Assembly: GCA_965235115.1 (NCBI GenBank) | Contig: OZ249447.1 | Location: 682,001 to 746,000, forward strand | Length of the DNA: 64,000 bases | Source of the DNA: Laetmonice hystrix | Taxonomy: Eukaryota | Direction: 5' to 3' | Shown: positions 1 to 11,442 of the stretch, piece after piece | Position numbering within the stretch: the stretch's first letter is position 1 | How the letters are laid out: each line of letters starts with the position of its first letter | Program-made: the position numbers and the translations under genes | Notes under the pieces: generated by a model | The model's input: only the letters and a program-made list of their open reading frames with translations | Told to the model about the DNA's origin: nothing | The model's database searches: none

Positions 1-853
1 TGGTGAGGAGGCAGAGACAAGGCCTCATGCAGTCTGACTGGTGAGTAGGCAGAGACAAGGCCTCATGCAGTCTGACTGGTGAGGAGGCAGAGACAAGGCC
101 TCATGCAGTCTGACTGGTGAGGAGGCAGAGACAAGGCCTCATGCAGTCTGACTGGTGAGGAGGCAGAGACAAGGCCTCATGCAGTCTGACTGGTGAGGAG
201 GCAGAGACAAGGCCTCATGCAGTCTGACTGGTGAGGAGGCAGAGACAAGGCCTCATGCAGTCTGACTGGTGAGGAGGCAGAGACAAGGCCTCATGCAGTC
301 TGACTGGTGAGGAGGCAGAGACAAGGCCTCATGCAGTCTGACTGGTGAGGAGGCAGAGACAAGGCCTCATGCAGTCTGACTGGTGAGGAGGCAGAGACAA
401 GGCCTCATGCAGTCTGACTGGTGAGTAGGCAGAGACAAGGCCTCATGAAGTCTGACTGGTGAGTAGGCAGAGACAAGGCCTCATGCAGTCTGACTGGTGA
501 GGAGGCAGAGACAAGGCCTCATGCAGTCTGACTGGTGAGGAGGCAGAGACAAGGCCTCATGCAGTCTGACTGGTGAGTAGGCAGAGTCAAGGCCTCATGC
601 AGTCTGACTGGTGAGGAGGCAGAGACAAGGCCTCATGCAGTCTGACTGGTGAGTAGGCAGAGACAAGGCCTCATGCAGTCTGACTGGTGAGTAGGCAGAG
701 ACAAGGCCTCATGCAGTCTGACTGGTGAGGAGGCAGAGACAAGGCCTCATGCAGTCTGACTGGTGAGGAGGCAGAGACAAGGCCTCATGCAGTCTGACTG
801 GTGAGGAGGCAGAGACAAGGCCTCATGCAGTCTGACTGGTGAGGAGGCAGAGA
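1..853. repeat. 38-bp tandem array, ~22 copies, continues off left edge
   Basis: Unit TGGTGAGGAGGCAGAGACAAGGCCTCATGCAGTCTGAC; GAGGAG/GAGTAG variants. Confidence 0.97.
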
Positions 854-1520
854 GGTTACATTTTCTAAAGATTATTCAACTAGATCCGAGGAGCTGTTGA
901 ATCACTGACATACTCCCAAAACGGAGAGGTCTGAAAGTGTTTCTGTTAAAATTGTCTAGAATTTTGGAAAATATCGAGTAAGTTTGAGGGAAACCCCTGA
1001 GTGTGGAATATGGATTTATTATTTGTGATTACGTCCTCCTAACATGGGCACCCTGAGCGTATGTACCAGACCGACACGTTTCTCTGTCGCTCCTACAAGG
1101 TAACTGTAGTCACTCGGGCGGGGATTTAATCAGCCCCAGGTTATTTTGGGGAGGGAAGGGGGACTCTAGCTGCCAACTTGCCCGGACAGACCCCTGAGAA
1201 CCTAGCGTTTCCCACAGGTTTACAAAAACAAAAGACCATCGCCCCCTACCTGTGTGTGGAGGGTTTTTACCTCGTCAGGTCAGAGAGTGTCGTTCGTCGG
1301 ACACGGCCGGCTGACTGTGTGAGAGAGTGATACAATAATGTTACCAAATTATCTTCAATAAAGTGGTTTGAGGGTTGTCAGAGGTCGGGGAGACTACAGC
1401 TATCCCTGTCTGGGGGCCGTTTGGGAGAGTCAGGGTCGACTCGCCTCATTCTGTCATTGCCATGTCCTGGCCGCTCGCTTGGTCTGTAGGCCAACACCGA
1501 GAGTGAGACATTGATCAAAG

Positions 1521-1534
1521 GCGCCACCTAGCGG
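1521..1534 (-). promoter_or_regulatory. CTCF-like motif
   Basis: Minus strand CCGCTAGGTGGCGC fits core consensus CC(A/G)SYAGRKGGCRS; adjacent ATCAAAG (TCF/LEF-type) at 1514-1520. Confidence 0.5.
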
Positions 1535-2091
1535 GATCGGGCGGAATCATAAAGGACGTCAATAAATGAAAAGAGCGATGTGTGGGATGTGCTCCTAATT
1601 ATTGGCTTTTTTCAAAATGTAAGCGTAGCTTACTTATGGCATTTTTAGCTGTTGTACAATGTCGCCCTCTACCCGTGTGGGACCTGAGTTCGCGTTTCTC
1701 TATTATTCATTTTATTATATTTCCGTTTTATTCGTTCCACACTAAAGATATTTTGAAATTTCATAGGCAAAAGCGGGGCAATATATTTGTACACCCCAGG
1801 GGTTGGGGGGGGGGGATTGCCCTTCCGCACCCCACGCCCCTTTCTATAAGATTCGGATTTTATTCGAATTGTTAGAAAATATAGACAGACAAGGACAAGG
1901 ACACACCGATCAATTACAAAGGTCATGACCCCAGCTTCTCGACGGTCAGGTTTGACAGCGCGTTCATAACGCGTGATATCAGGGTGGATAAGGTTTATAA
2001 CGATCGAGAGGGGGAGAGGTTGTAGGTTACAGGTGCCTGGGGTAATTACCCTACAGTAGGGTTATTATAGAGGGCGTCGATGGTCGGAGTG

Positions 2092-2266
2092 NNNNNNNNN
2101 NNNNNNNNNNNNNNNNNNNNNNNNNNNNNNNNNNNNNNNNNNNNNNNNNNNNNNNNNNNNNNNNNNNNNNNNNNNNNNNNNNNNNNNNNNNNNNNNNNNN
2201 NNNNNNNNNNNNNNNNNNNNNNNNNNNNNNNNNNNNNNNNNNNNNNNNNNNNNNNNNNNNNNNNNN
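2092..2266. other. N tract (175 nt)
   Basis: Run of N followed by AG-rich sequence. Confidence 0.99.
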
Positions 2267-2544
2267 AGAGACATGTAGAGAGAGCGACAGACAGTAGAAG
2301 TATCCTCAACCATCTCACCGTGGCGGCGGGCGGGCGGCGGCGGCCTCACACCCTTTGAAGTTGGGCCGAATACCGTTGCTTGTTAATTACATGTAATTTA
2401 CCTGTGAATAGTTGTAAGCACGTACCTCTCGGGGCCGCCATGTCCCTCGACCTTCGTGTAACGGAGGGCCGTCTGGTCGTCTCCACGCTGGGGTGGGACG
2501 GTCAACCCTTTGACGGTTTAACAGTTCTCGAATGTCGCATGTTA

Positions 2545-2753
2545 AACGTTGAACAGGTAGCGGGCGACGGCAGTGGGACATGAACACACTTATATACCAA
2601 CGTTGAACAGGTAGCGGGCGACGGCAGTGGGACATGAACACACCTACCAACGTTGAACAGGTAGCGGGCGACGGCAGTGGGACATGAACACACCTACCAA
2701 CGTTGAACAGGTAGCGGGCGACGGCAGTGGGACATGAACACACCTGCCAACGT
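2545..2753. repeat. 50-bp tandem repeat, 4 copies
   Basis: Unit AACGTTGAACAGGTAGCGGGCGACGGCAGTGGGACATGAACACACCTACC. Confidence 0.95.
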
Positions 2754-2813
2754 CCATTTTATTGGAAAGGGCAACAATTACCATGTTTGAGATACATGGC
2801 AACCGCGCAGATA

Positions 2814-3307
2814 TGACACAGTAACTAACCCTCACCCCCACCCCACCCTGTACTGACACAGTAACTAACCCTCACCCCCACCCCACCCTGTACTGACACA
2901 GTAACTAACCCTCACCCCCACCCTGTACTGACACAGTAACTAACCCTCACCCCCACCCCACCCTGTACTGACACAGTAACTAACCCTCACCCCCACCCCA
3001 CCCTGTACTGACACAGTAACTAACCCTCACCCCCACCCCACCCTGTACTGACACAGTAACTAACCCTCACCCCCACCCCACCCTGTACTGACACAGTAAC
3101 TAACCCTCACCCCCACCCCACCCTGTACTGACACAGTAACTAACCCTCACCCCCACCCCACCCTGTACTGACACAGTAACTAACCCTCACCCCCACCCCA
3201 CCCTGTACTGACACAGTAACTAACCCTCACCCCCACCCCACCCTGTACTGACACAGTAACTAACCCCCACCCCACCCTGTACTGACACAGTAACTAACCC
3301 CTACCCC
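2814..3307. repeat. 40-bp tandem array, ~12 copies, G-rich on minus strand
   Basis: Unit GACACAGTAACTAACCCTCACCCCCACCCCACCCTGTACT. Confidence 0.96.
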
Positions 3308-3405
3308 AGTCAGTACTGTCTGTTAGCTGTCCTCTGTAACCCTAACCCATCAACTGTCATTTCAAGGACGACACTGTCTAAGGATCTGAAACTACCCCGA
3401 CTCAC

Positions 3406-3489
3406 CTATAGATGAAGGCCCATATCACCTGAGTTATGGGATGGCGATTTAAAAGACTCCATGTATGTGGTGGATGATACTTTGAATAG
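3406..3489 (-). other. Candidate 84-bp exon (YSKYHPPHTWSLLNRHPITQVIWAFIY), unknown product
   Basis: Acceptor tctgttatctgtag, donor AG|gtgagt; one frame open (phase 2-2); no recognisable homology. Confidence 0.3.
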
Positions 3490-3561
3490 CTACAGATAAC
3501 AGATATATAGGCTATTATGTTATGTGATATACACGCCAATAGCGTGCGAGGTTCGTGTCCA

Positions 3562-4019
3562 CATTTCACTACCTCAAGGCACAGCCTTATGTCAGGAGAA
3601 CTGCATTTCACTACCTCAAGGCACAGCCTTATGTCAGGATAATTTCACTACCCCAAGGCACAACCTTATGTCAGGATAATTTCACTACCTCAAGGCACAG
3701 CCTTATGTCAGGATAATTTCACTACCTCAAGGCACAGCCTTATGTCAGGATAATTTCACTACCTCAAGGCACAGCCTTATGTCAGGATAATTTCACTACC
3801 CCAAGGCACAACCTTATGTCAGGATAATTTCACTACCTCAAGGCACAGTTTTATGTCAGGATAATTTCACTACCTCAAGGCACAGCCTTATGTCAGGATA
3901 ATTTCACTACCTCAAGGCACAGCCTTATGTCAGAATAATTTCACTACCTCAAGGCACAACCTTATGTCAGGATAATTTCACTACCTCAAGGCACAGCCTT
4001 ATGTCAGGATAACTGCATT
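3562..4019. repeat. 37-bp tandem array, ~12 copies
   Basis: Unit ATTTCACTACCTCAAGGCACAGCCTTATGTCAGGATA; first and last units carry an extra CTGCA. Confidence 0.96.
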
Positions 4020-4574
4020 AATTCAGTTTAACAGTGTAGTGTAAGCCTATACTTATTGACTTAGGCCTATAGACCTTAATTTGAATGTGAAGGTGGATTT
4101 TCGGCCCCAAATATGCACTGATAGGTCCTATAGGTCTAATCTAACTAGAGTCTATACTAGAGTCCTCGTTTAAATTCGTTACAGATATATCAGATTTATA
4201 TATACATAAATCTAGAAACAAGATTAACTTAATCAATCACTCGATGGCTATAAATCTTTGGTTATTATAAAATCCACATGGTGATGTGCTCTTCTACGTC
4301 TCAGTCCCTTTGAGACGTTGGCTGTTGGCCAGGTGCTGCCATAAAGTTGATGGGCACAATTAGGTGTAGATTACAGCGACAGTAGATGGTCCTTGCTCAG
4401 TTCCTAGAGACGGACCGACATGATGGCGGGAAACGACGACGTCGTCGTAACCAAGGACACCGCACAAACACGCAGCGTCTGTCGTCACTAATCGACTCAT
4501 ATACCAAACTGTCCTTTCATGTACGTCCGAATGGCGCGACTCGACGGCGCTGGCTCGTGGCCCCCCCCCCTCCG

Positions 4575-4811
4575 GCCGTCTGCCCCGAGACAAGGGGCTG
4601 GGGGAGGGGGCCACCCCCACCCCCGCCGTCTGCCCCGAGACAAGGGGCTGGGGGAGGGGGCCACCCCCACCCCCGCCGTCTGCCCCGAGACAAGGGGCTG
4701 GGGAGGGGTGCCCCGAGACAAGGGGCTGGGGAGGGGTGCCCCGAGACAAGGGGCTGGGGAGGGGGCCACCCCCCGTCTGCCCCAAGACAAGGGGCTGGGG
4801 AGGGGCCACCC
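4575..4811. repeat. GC-rich ~52/28-bp tandem repeat
   Basis: Recurring GCCCCGAGACAAGGGGCTGGG core. Confidence 0.9.
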
Positions 4812-5640
4812 CTGAGTGGCACAATTTTCGACGCGGCGAAGTATAGTAGGATGAAGAAAACAAGAAAACGCTCCCCTTACTTTCACGGAGGCCCCTAAAA
4901 TTGATACTACGTTACTGGTGTGCCAATAATGTATTATACAGGAGATCTCCCAGGTGGTCCTCCCTATTCCACCACCTTCCCTCACCTAATTACGTCATTA
5001 TATATGCTCAGAGCCTGCACATAGTCAACACTGATGACAAGATCCGTGCCAACAGCCACAGATGACTGTACATCTAAAGTGTTTTACCTTGGAGTCACGC
5101 CAGCTTTCTCACCAAACGGTGGCCTATAGTCACTTTCTTATGTAAGGATCGCCACGCGACTAGCTATCTTTGATTTTTTTTCTAATTTTTTGGTGTGGTT
5201 CTCTTTTTACTTTTTGTACTTTTTAGTTTACTAATTAAACATCAAAACGAAAAAGGCGAAGTTTCTCAGCGACTTTAATACAGCGGAGTATATGTGATGT
5301 GGTGACAAATTAACGTATAAAATAAGTAAGGATAATGTACCGTAAATAATGTTTGTTTATTGTCCTGATAGCAGGAGGTTTCTGCCAATGTTGTCCTTTC
5401 TTTACCTCCCCCAGTCACACATACACCTTTCTACGAGACAGTGAACTTAATTACGGGGTTTAATCATCGCCCTTGTAGAGCCATTAGAAGTCGACGTATA
5501 TTATTACACGTATATTAGCGGTATATAGTAGGTAGACTATAGACCCGTCTGTATGGGCCGCCTCCACTGACGCACCCTGTGTGAGTGACGTCATGCGTGT
5601 CATGCACATGTTAGGTTCTGAGGTGACATCATACACATGT

Positions 5641-5974
5641 GCATGTATGTACACGTCTGGCGTCATGTATGTACACGTCTGGCGTCATGTATGTACACGT
5701 CTGGCGTCATGTATGTACACGTCTGGCGTCATGTATGTACACATCTGGCGTCATGTATGTACATGTCTGGCGTCATGTATGTACACGTCTGGCGTCATGC
5801 ATGTACACGTCTGGCGTCATGCATGTACACGTCTGGCGTCATGCATGTACACGTCTGGCGTCATGTATGTACACGTATGGCGTCATGTATGTACACGTCT
5901 GGCGTCATGTATGTACACGTCTGGCGTCATGCATGTACACGTCTGGCGTCATGTATGTACACGTCTGGCGTCAT
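5641..5974. repeat. 22-bp tandem array, ~15 copies
   Basis: Unit GTATGTACACGTCTGGCGTCAT. Confidence 0.96.
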
Positions 5975-6244
5975 GAGCCGTCAGGTCTGTCAGGCCCCGA
6001 GTACTGATACGGGCCTGGTTGACCTTTACCCAGGTCACCGCTTGATGGCGCCTCGAGTAGCGCCCCTTCAGACATCCGGCTGACATGAAAGAGATCATGA
6101 CGGGGATGGACTATAGTGATCTCTATCTACATACATATATACATCACATGGGCGTCTTCATGTCACCCCATGGGCTGGTCGCAATGTCATAAACAAATCA
6201 TGAACATCCCGCCTTGTGGTCGAGGCAGACAGAGACAGAAGTAG

Positions 6245-6503
6245 NNNNNNNNNNNNNNNNNNNNNNNNNNNNNNNNNNNNNNNNNNNNNNNNNNNNNNNN
6301 NNNNNNNNNNNNNNNNNNNNNNNNNNNNNNNNNNNNNNNNNNNNNNNNNNNNNNNNNNNNNNNNNNNNNNNNNNNNNNNNNNNNNNNNNNNNNNNNNNNN
6401 NNNNNNNNNNNNNNNNNNNNNNNNNNNNNNNNNNNNNNNNNNNNNNNNNNNNNNNNNNNNNNNNNNNNNNNNNNNNNNNNNNNNNNNNNNNNNNNNNNNN
6501 NNN
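6245..6503. other. N tract (259 nt)
   Basis: Run of N. Confidence 0.99.
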
Positions 6504-7026
6504 TTTATTGAGGATCAGTTCGGTGGGTTTTATTGAGGATCAGTTCGGTGGGTGACCCCTGTTTTATTGAGGATCAGTTCGGTGGGTGACCCCTGTTTTA
6601 TTGAGGATCAGTTCGGTGGGTGACCCCTGTTTTATTGAGGATCAGTTCGGTGGGTGACCCCTGTTTTATTGAGGATCAGTTCGGTGGGTGACCCCTGTTT
6701 TATTGAGGATCAGTTCGGTGGGTGACCCCTGTTTTATTGAGGATCAGTTCGGTGGGTGGCCCCTGTTTTATTGAGGATCAGTTTGGTGGGTGGCCCCTGT
6801 TTTATTGAGGATCAGTTTGGTGGGTGGCCCCTGTTTTATTGACGATCAGTTTGGTGGGTGGCCCCTGTTTTATTGAGGAGCAGTTCGGTGGGTGGCCCCT
6901 GTTTTATTAAGGAGCAGTTCGGTGGGTGGCCCCTGTTTTATTGAGGAGCAGTTCGGTGGGTGACCCCTGTTTTATTGACGATCAGTTCGGTGGGGTTTAT
7001 TGAGGAGCAGTTTGGTGGGTGACCCC
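6504..7026. repeat. 34-bp tandem array, ~15 copies
   Basis: Unit TTTTATTGAGGATCAGTTCGGTGGGTGACCCCTG. Confidence 0.95.
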
Positions 7027-7145
7027 GAGAATTAGAGGGGCATATACACATGCCATATTTTTGTATTGAATTGAACCACTGCGCATGTATGTTTGAGGCG
7101 GCCGCTAGGGACCCATGCCCTTATGTCGTGGAGGGATTGTCTTAC

Positions 7146-7163
7146 CGGGTCCTTAACCTACCA
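7146..7163 (-). other. Candidate 18-bp microexon (GRLRT)
   Basis: Long pyrimidine-rich tract atttctctccctccgttttgtcattataatgtttgcatgcag, donor CG|gtaaga; phase 2-2, compatible with 3406-3489. Confidence 0.22.
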
Positions 7164-7258
7164 CTGCATGCAAACATTATAATGACAAAACGGAGGGAGA
7201 GAAATACTGTCTCATCCCGAGTGGCGGAGACTGCCCGCAGTTGGCGTATCCTTGGACA

Positions 7259-7861
7259 CCTTAACCCACGGTAGGGTACGTACCCGGCCGGTCACCAGCA
7301 CCAAGCTCACAACACAACTGTTAACCCACGGTAGGGTAGATCTACGCACCCCCGGTCACCAGCACCAAGGTCACAACACAACTGTCAACCCACGGTAGGG
7401 TACGCACCCGCTGGTCACCAGCACCAAGCTCACAACACAACTGTTAACCCACGGTAGGGTACGCACCCGCCGGTCACCAGCACCAAGCTCACAACACAAC
7501 TGTTAACCCACGGTAGGGTACGCACCCCCGGTCACCAGCACCAAGCTCACAACACAACTGTTAACCCACAGTAGGGTACGCACCCGCCGGTCACCAGCAC
7601 CAAGCTCACAACACAACTGTTAACCCACGGTAGGGTACGCACCCGCCGGTCACCAGCACCAAGCTCACAACACAACTGTTAACCCACGGTAGGGTACGCA
7701 CCCGCCGGTCACCAGCACCAAGCTCACAACACAACTGTTAACCCACGGTAGGGTACGCACCCGCCGGTCACCAGCACCAAGCTCACAACACAACTGTTAA
7801 CCCACGGTAGGGTAGATCTACGCACCCGCCGGTCACCAGCACCAAGCTCACAACACAACTG
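7259..7861. repeat. 59-bp tandem array, ~10 copies
   Basis: Unit TTAACCCACGGTAGGGTACGCACCCGCCGGTCACCAGCACCAAGCTCACAACACAACTG. Confidence 0.96.
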
Positions 7862-8771
7862 CACTAGTTGACAGATTCCTTAATCGTGTCTTCCGGAAGC
7901 AACAGTGCCGTTCGATACGGTCAATTTTCAGGGGCCCGAGTCGCTACATTAGCATGCTAAGTGACAAATAATGATCACCCGACGACAGCGCCACTGGGAG
8001 TAGCGGTCGCTGGGTACACTAATTACGAACTATAACGTTATCAATCGACCAGCGACTGTTTCGGAGGATGTATTGAAGGATAGAATCACTGTTATTCTCA
8101 CATCAACTACGTAGGTCTTTTCAAATGGCGTTCCTTAGGTCAAAACTGTCAACCTTTGGATAAACATATGCTAGGCCTACATAGTCATAGGCCTATCCGT
8201 TGTTTTTTAAACAAAGGTAGCCTACCTTTGACTTTTTAAAACTGCCATAGCCTATAGCTATAACGTGGAAACCAACAATTTAATCTTGGCTACCGGCCGA
8301 TATAGCCAAGGGGAAAAGCACATCTGAAATAGATGTAGGCCTATACAACTGCTGAAAGTGAACAGCTAAAGGAATCGTTTGGCAAAGGCATCAATTGAGA
8401 AACATTTGCCAGAAAGCCAAACAAGTTTGCCGACACAGGATCAGCGGGAGTGAGTAGTTAGGTTGGGCGGCGATTGTTCATTGCAGAGCGACCTCCAAAT
8501 GTCAGAGGTTAAAGAGTGTGGCGTTAGTCTCGCTAGGTGTATTCAAGCACCGCAAGGACTCGCCAAACCGAGGCCCAGACAGTCTCGCGGCAGGTCTCGT
8601 TAGAGACGTTAATAGTGCGTGAGTGTGTGAGCTCTCAGAGAGCCGTGCGCGCGGAAGGCAAGGAGCTAGACTCGACCACCAGGCCTCCTGTCAGCGAACT
8701 GGATATACGGACTTGCCGGAAATACATCTGCGGGCTGATGCTACCAGATGTCAGCACCCTGACCTGACTTC

Positions 8772-8894
8772 CCATATTTGGATGTGGCCTAGGCGGGTCC
8801 CCTGACTATCTCGCTTGGCGGAGCCGCCATTTAGAGGAGGGGACCAGAGTAAGGTCGAGGTTTCTAGGTCACAATGCCGCGCTCGTCCAATCAG
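8772..8894. promoter_or_regulatory. Promoter-like motif cluster (CArG, YY1, CCAAT)
   Basis: CCATATTTGG 8772-8781; GCCGCCATTT 8823-8832; GTCCAATCAG 8885-8894; CpG-rich context. Confidence 0.4.
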
Positions 8895-9061
8895 CGTCGA
8901 TGATCGTTTTCTATCACGGTCATCGTGTTCGTGTAACCTAGATAGGCGTTTGCATCTAGACCCTTTTTTCGAACGACGAGCAGCCGCTAGCGGGGAAAAG
9001 GATCTGGTAAAATATCACTCCATGAAAACTCTCCGTGCTTCTATGGTTGTAAGAACTGATA

Positions 9062-9622
9062 ATCTATCAGTAATCCTAGCCCAAACTTATTTCAACCCCT
9101 TACTGCCAGACCCCAAACCTCATATATAATCTATAAGTAATCCTAGCCCAAACTTATTCCAACCCCTTACTGCCAGACCCCAAACCTCATATAATCTATA
9201 AGTAATCCTAGCCCAAACTTATTCCAACCCCTTACTGCCAGATCCCAAACCTCATCTATCAGTAATCCTAGCCCAAACTTATTCCAACCCCTTACTGCCA
9301 GACCCCAAACCTCATATAATCTATCAGTAATCCTAGCCCAAACTTATTCCAACCTCTTACTGCCAGACCCCAAACCTCATCTATCAGTAATCCTAGCCCA
9401 AACTTATTCCAACCCCTTACTGCCAGACCCCAAACCTCATATAATCTATCAGTAATCCTAGCCCAGACTTATTCCAACCTCTTACTGCCAGACCCCAAAC
9501 CTCATCTATCAGTAATCCTAGCCCAAACTTATTCCAACCCCTTACTGCCAGACCCCAAACCTCATATAATCTATCAGTAATCCTAGCCTAAACTTATTCC
9601 AACCCCTTACTGCCAGACCCCC
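9062..9622. repeat. 59-67-bp tandem array, ~9 copies
   Basis: Core ATCTATCAGTAATCCTAGCCCAAACTTATTCCAACCCCTTACTGCCAGACCCCAAACCTC. Confidence 0.95.
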
Positions 9623-9745
9623 CCCCCAACTTCCTATTCCTATATACCCAGCCCCTTAAGTAACCTCTACCCTAATTCGGTGGGAATATTGTCATGGGGT
9701 AGCGGGTGGTAACGTTACTAGATCCCCTGTCAGGAGTTCGCTTAC

Positions 9746-9820
9746 TCTGTACCTCCATATCTATCCGTTTAACTGATACACTGATAGTTAAATCAGGATT
9801 GACCAGGATTAGTCGAACTC
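9746..9820 (-). other. Candidate 75-bp exon (GVRLILVNPDLTISVSVKRIDMEVQ)
   Basis: Acceptor cttgtttcag|G, donor AGA|gtaagc; single open frame, phase 1-1. Confidence 0.33.
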
Positions 9821-10780
9821 CTGAAACAAGCCCGCAACCACACGAGGAACATGACTGTCTGCACATTACTTGTTAACGTCTAAATTCTTCTTTCAATGGG
9901 ACATTCATTGTGTTGATTTCGTAAATAGATTAATTGCTCCCTTTGTTTTTCCTGGTAATTATATTGAGGTAATGTATGTGGAAAGGCAGTATTTATTGCG
10001 CTGGTTGCCAGCGACTGTGCGCATAGAACGATGGGTAATTTCCGCCCTTCTGAATTTAATTGCTTTCTTAATTATCTTGAATCCTTTAGTGAAGAAATTG
10101 CGTGGCTTTCAGACGCTCATATTGATCACGTGATCCCAACGTATGGCCCCATGGAGCATGCGCGGAGAGATTATTAGTGCCCGTATGTTAGAATCACTCT
10201 GCTCCGCCTCCCGGGACCTGGCATTATAATAACGACAATATTAGGCTAAGAGAGGCCCCCAGCCGAACACCCGTGTTCATTTCATCGACTAGAACCCACA
10301 ATGTTGATGCACTGGTCATTTGAAACCGGCCGAGCTCACCGCCATGTTTGCATACTGCAGCGCCACCGGAAGGGTTACGGCAAAATGTCAACATTTCGTG
10401 GAAGTCGGCCGCAAATGCCAGGAAGACTGTCGACTGGGAGGGGCAGCAAGACAAACATGCAGTAGGAATTCATCGCTTGTCGATGTTTATTGTGGGAAAC
10501 GGGCAATGATAGGAGTAATAAATCTAATTACTTTTATGTTGCCATCCAATCACTTTTCGATGCAGCACAGCAAATAGAATAACAGAGCGGTTTGGCTTTG
10601 GTTATTTTGACCACGCGACGGTAGACACGGCGACATAAGAGGAGGAATATTGTTTCTGCAGTCTCACATACTGCTGTCTATTTAACACGCGCCACGAACA
10701 TTAGATTCAAGTCGGATACAGTCTGATCAACGAGCTCCCCGCTACCAAATCGTCATTTCTATATACTACTTGTTGGTAGG

Positions 10781-11378
10781 AGGTCAAGGTCAGCGCCGCC
10801 TGGTGGTCGGCAGTGAGAGCGGAGGGGTCAAGGTCAGCGCCGCCTGGTGGTCGGCAGTGAGAGCGGAGAGGTCAAGGTCAGCGCCGCCTGGTGGTCGGCA
10901 GTTAGAGCGGAGAGGTCAAGGTCAGCGCCGCCTGGTGGTCGGCAGTGAGAGCGGAGAGGTCAAGGTCAACGCCGCCTGGTGGTCGGCAGTGAGAGCGGAG
11001 AGGTCAAGGTCAGCGCCGCCTGGTGGTCGGCAGTGAGAGCGGAGGGGTCAAGGTCAGCGCCGCCTGGTGGTCGGCAGTGAGAGCGGAGAGGTCAAGGTCA
11101 TCGCCGCCTGGTGGTCGGCAGTTAGAGCGGAGAGGTCAAGGTCAGCGCCGCCTGGTGGTCGGCAGTGAGAGCGGAGAGTTCAAGGTCAACGCCGCCTGGT
11201 GGTCGGCAGTGAGAGCGGAGAGGTCAAGGTCAGCGCCGCCTGGTGGTCGGCAGTGAGAGCGGAGGGGTCAAGGTCAGCGCCGCCTGGTGGTCGGCAGTGA
11301 GAGCGGAGGGGTCAAGGTCAGCGCCGCCTGGTGGTCGGCAGTGAGAGCGGAGAGGTCAAGGTCATCGCCGCCTGGTGG
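10781..11378. repeat. 44-bp tandem array, 13.5 copies, each with RGGTCAAGGTCA and a CTCF-like motif
   Basis: Unit AGGTCAAGGTCAGCGCCGCCTGGTGGTCGGCAGTGAGAGCGGAG; two variants recur at 220-bp spacing. Confidence 0.96.
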
Positions 11379-11442
11379 ACGCCCTACGATCAACACGTGT
11401 ATATGGTTACTACACCATGGTAACGTGCACACGGTACTGGCG

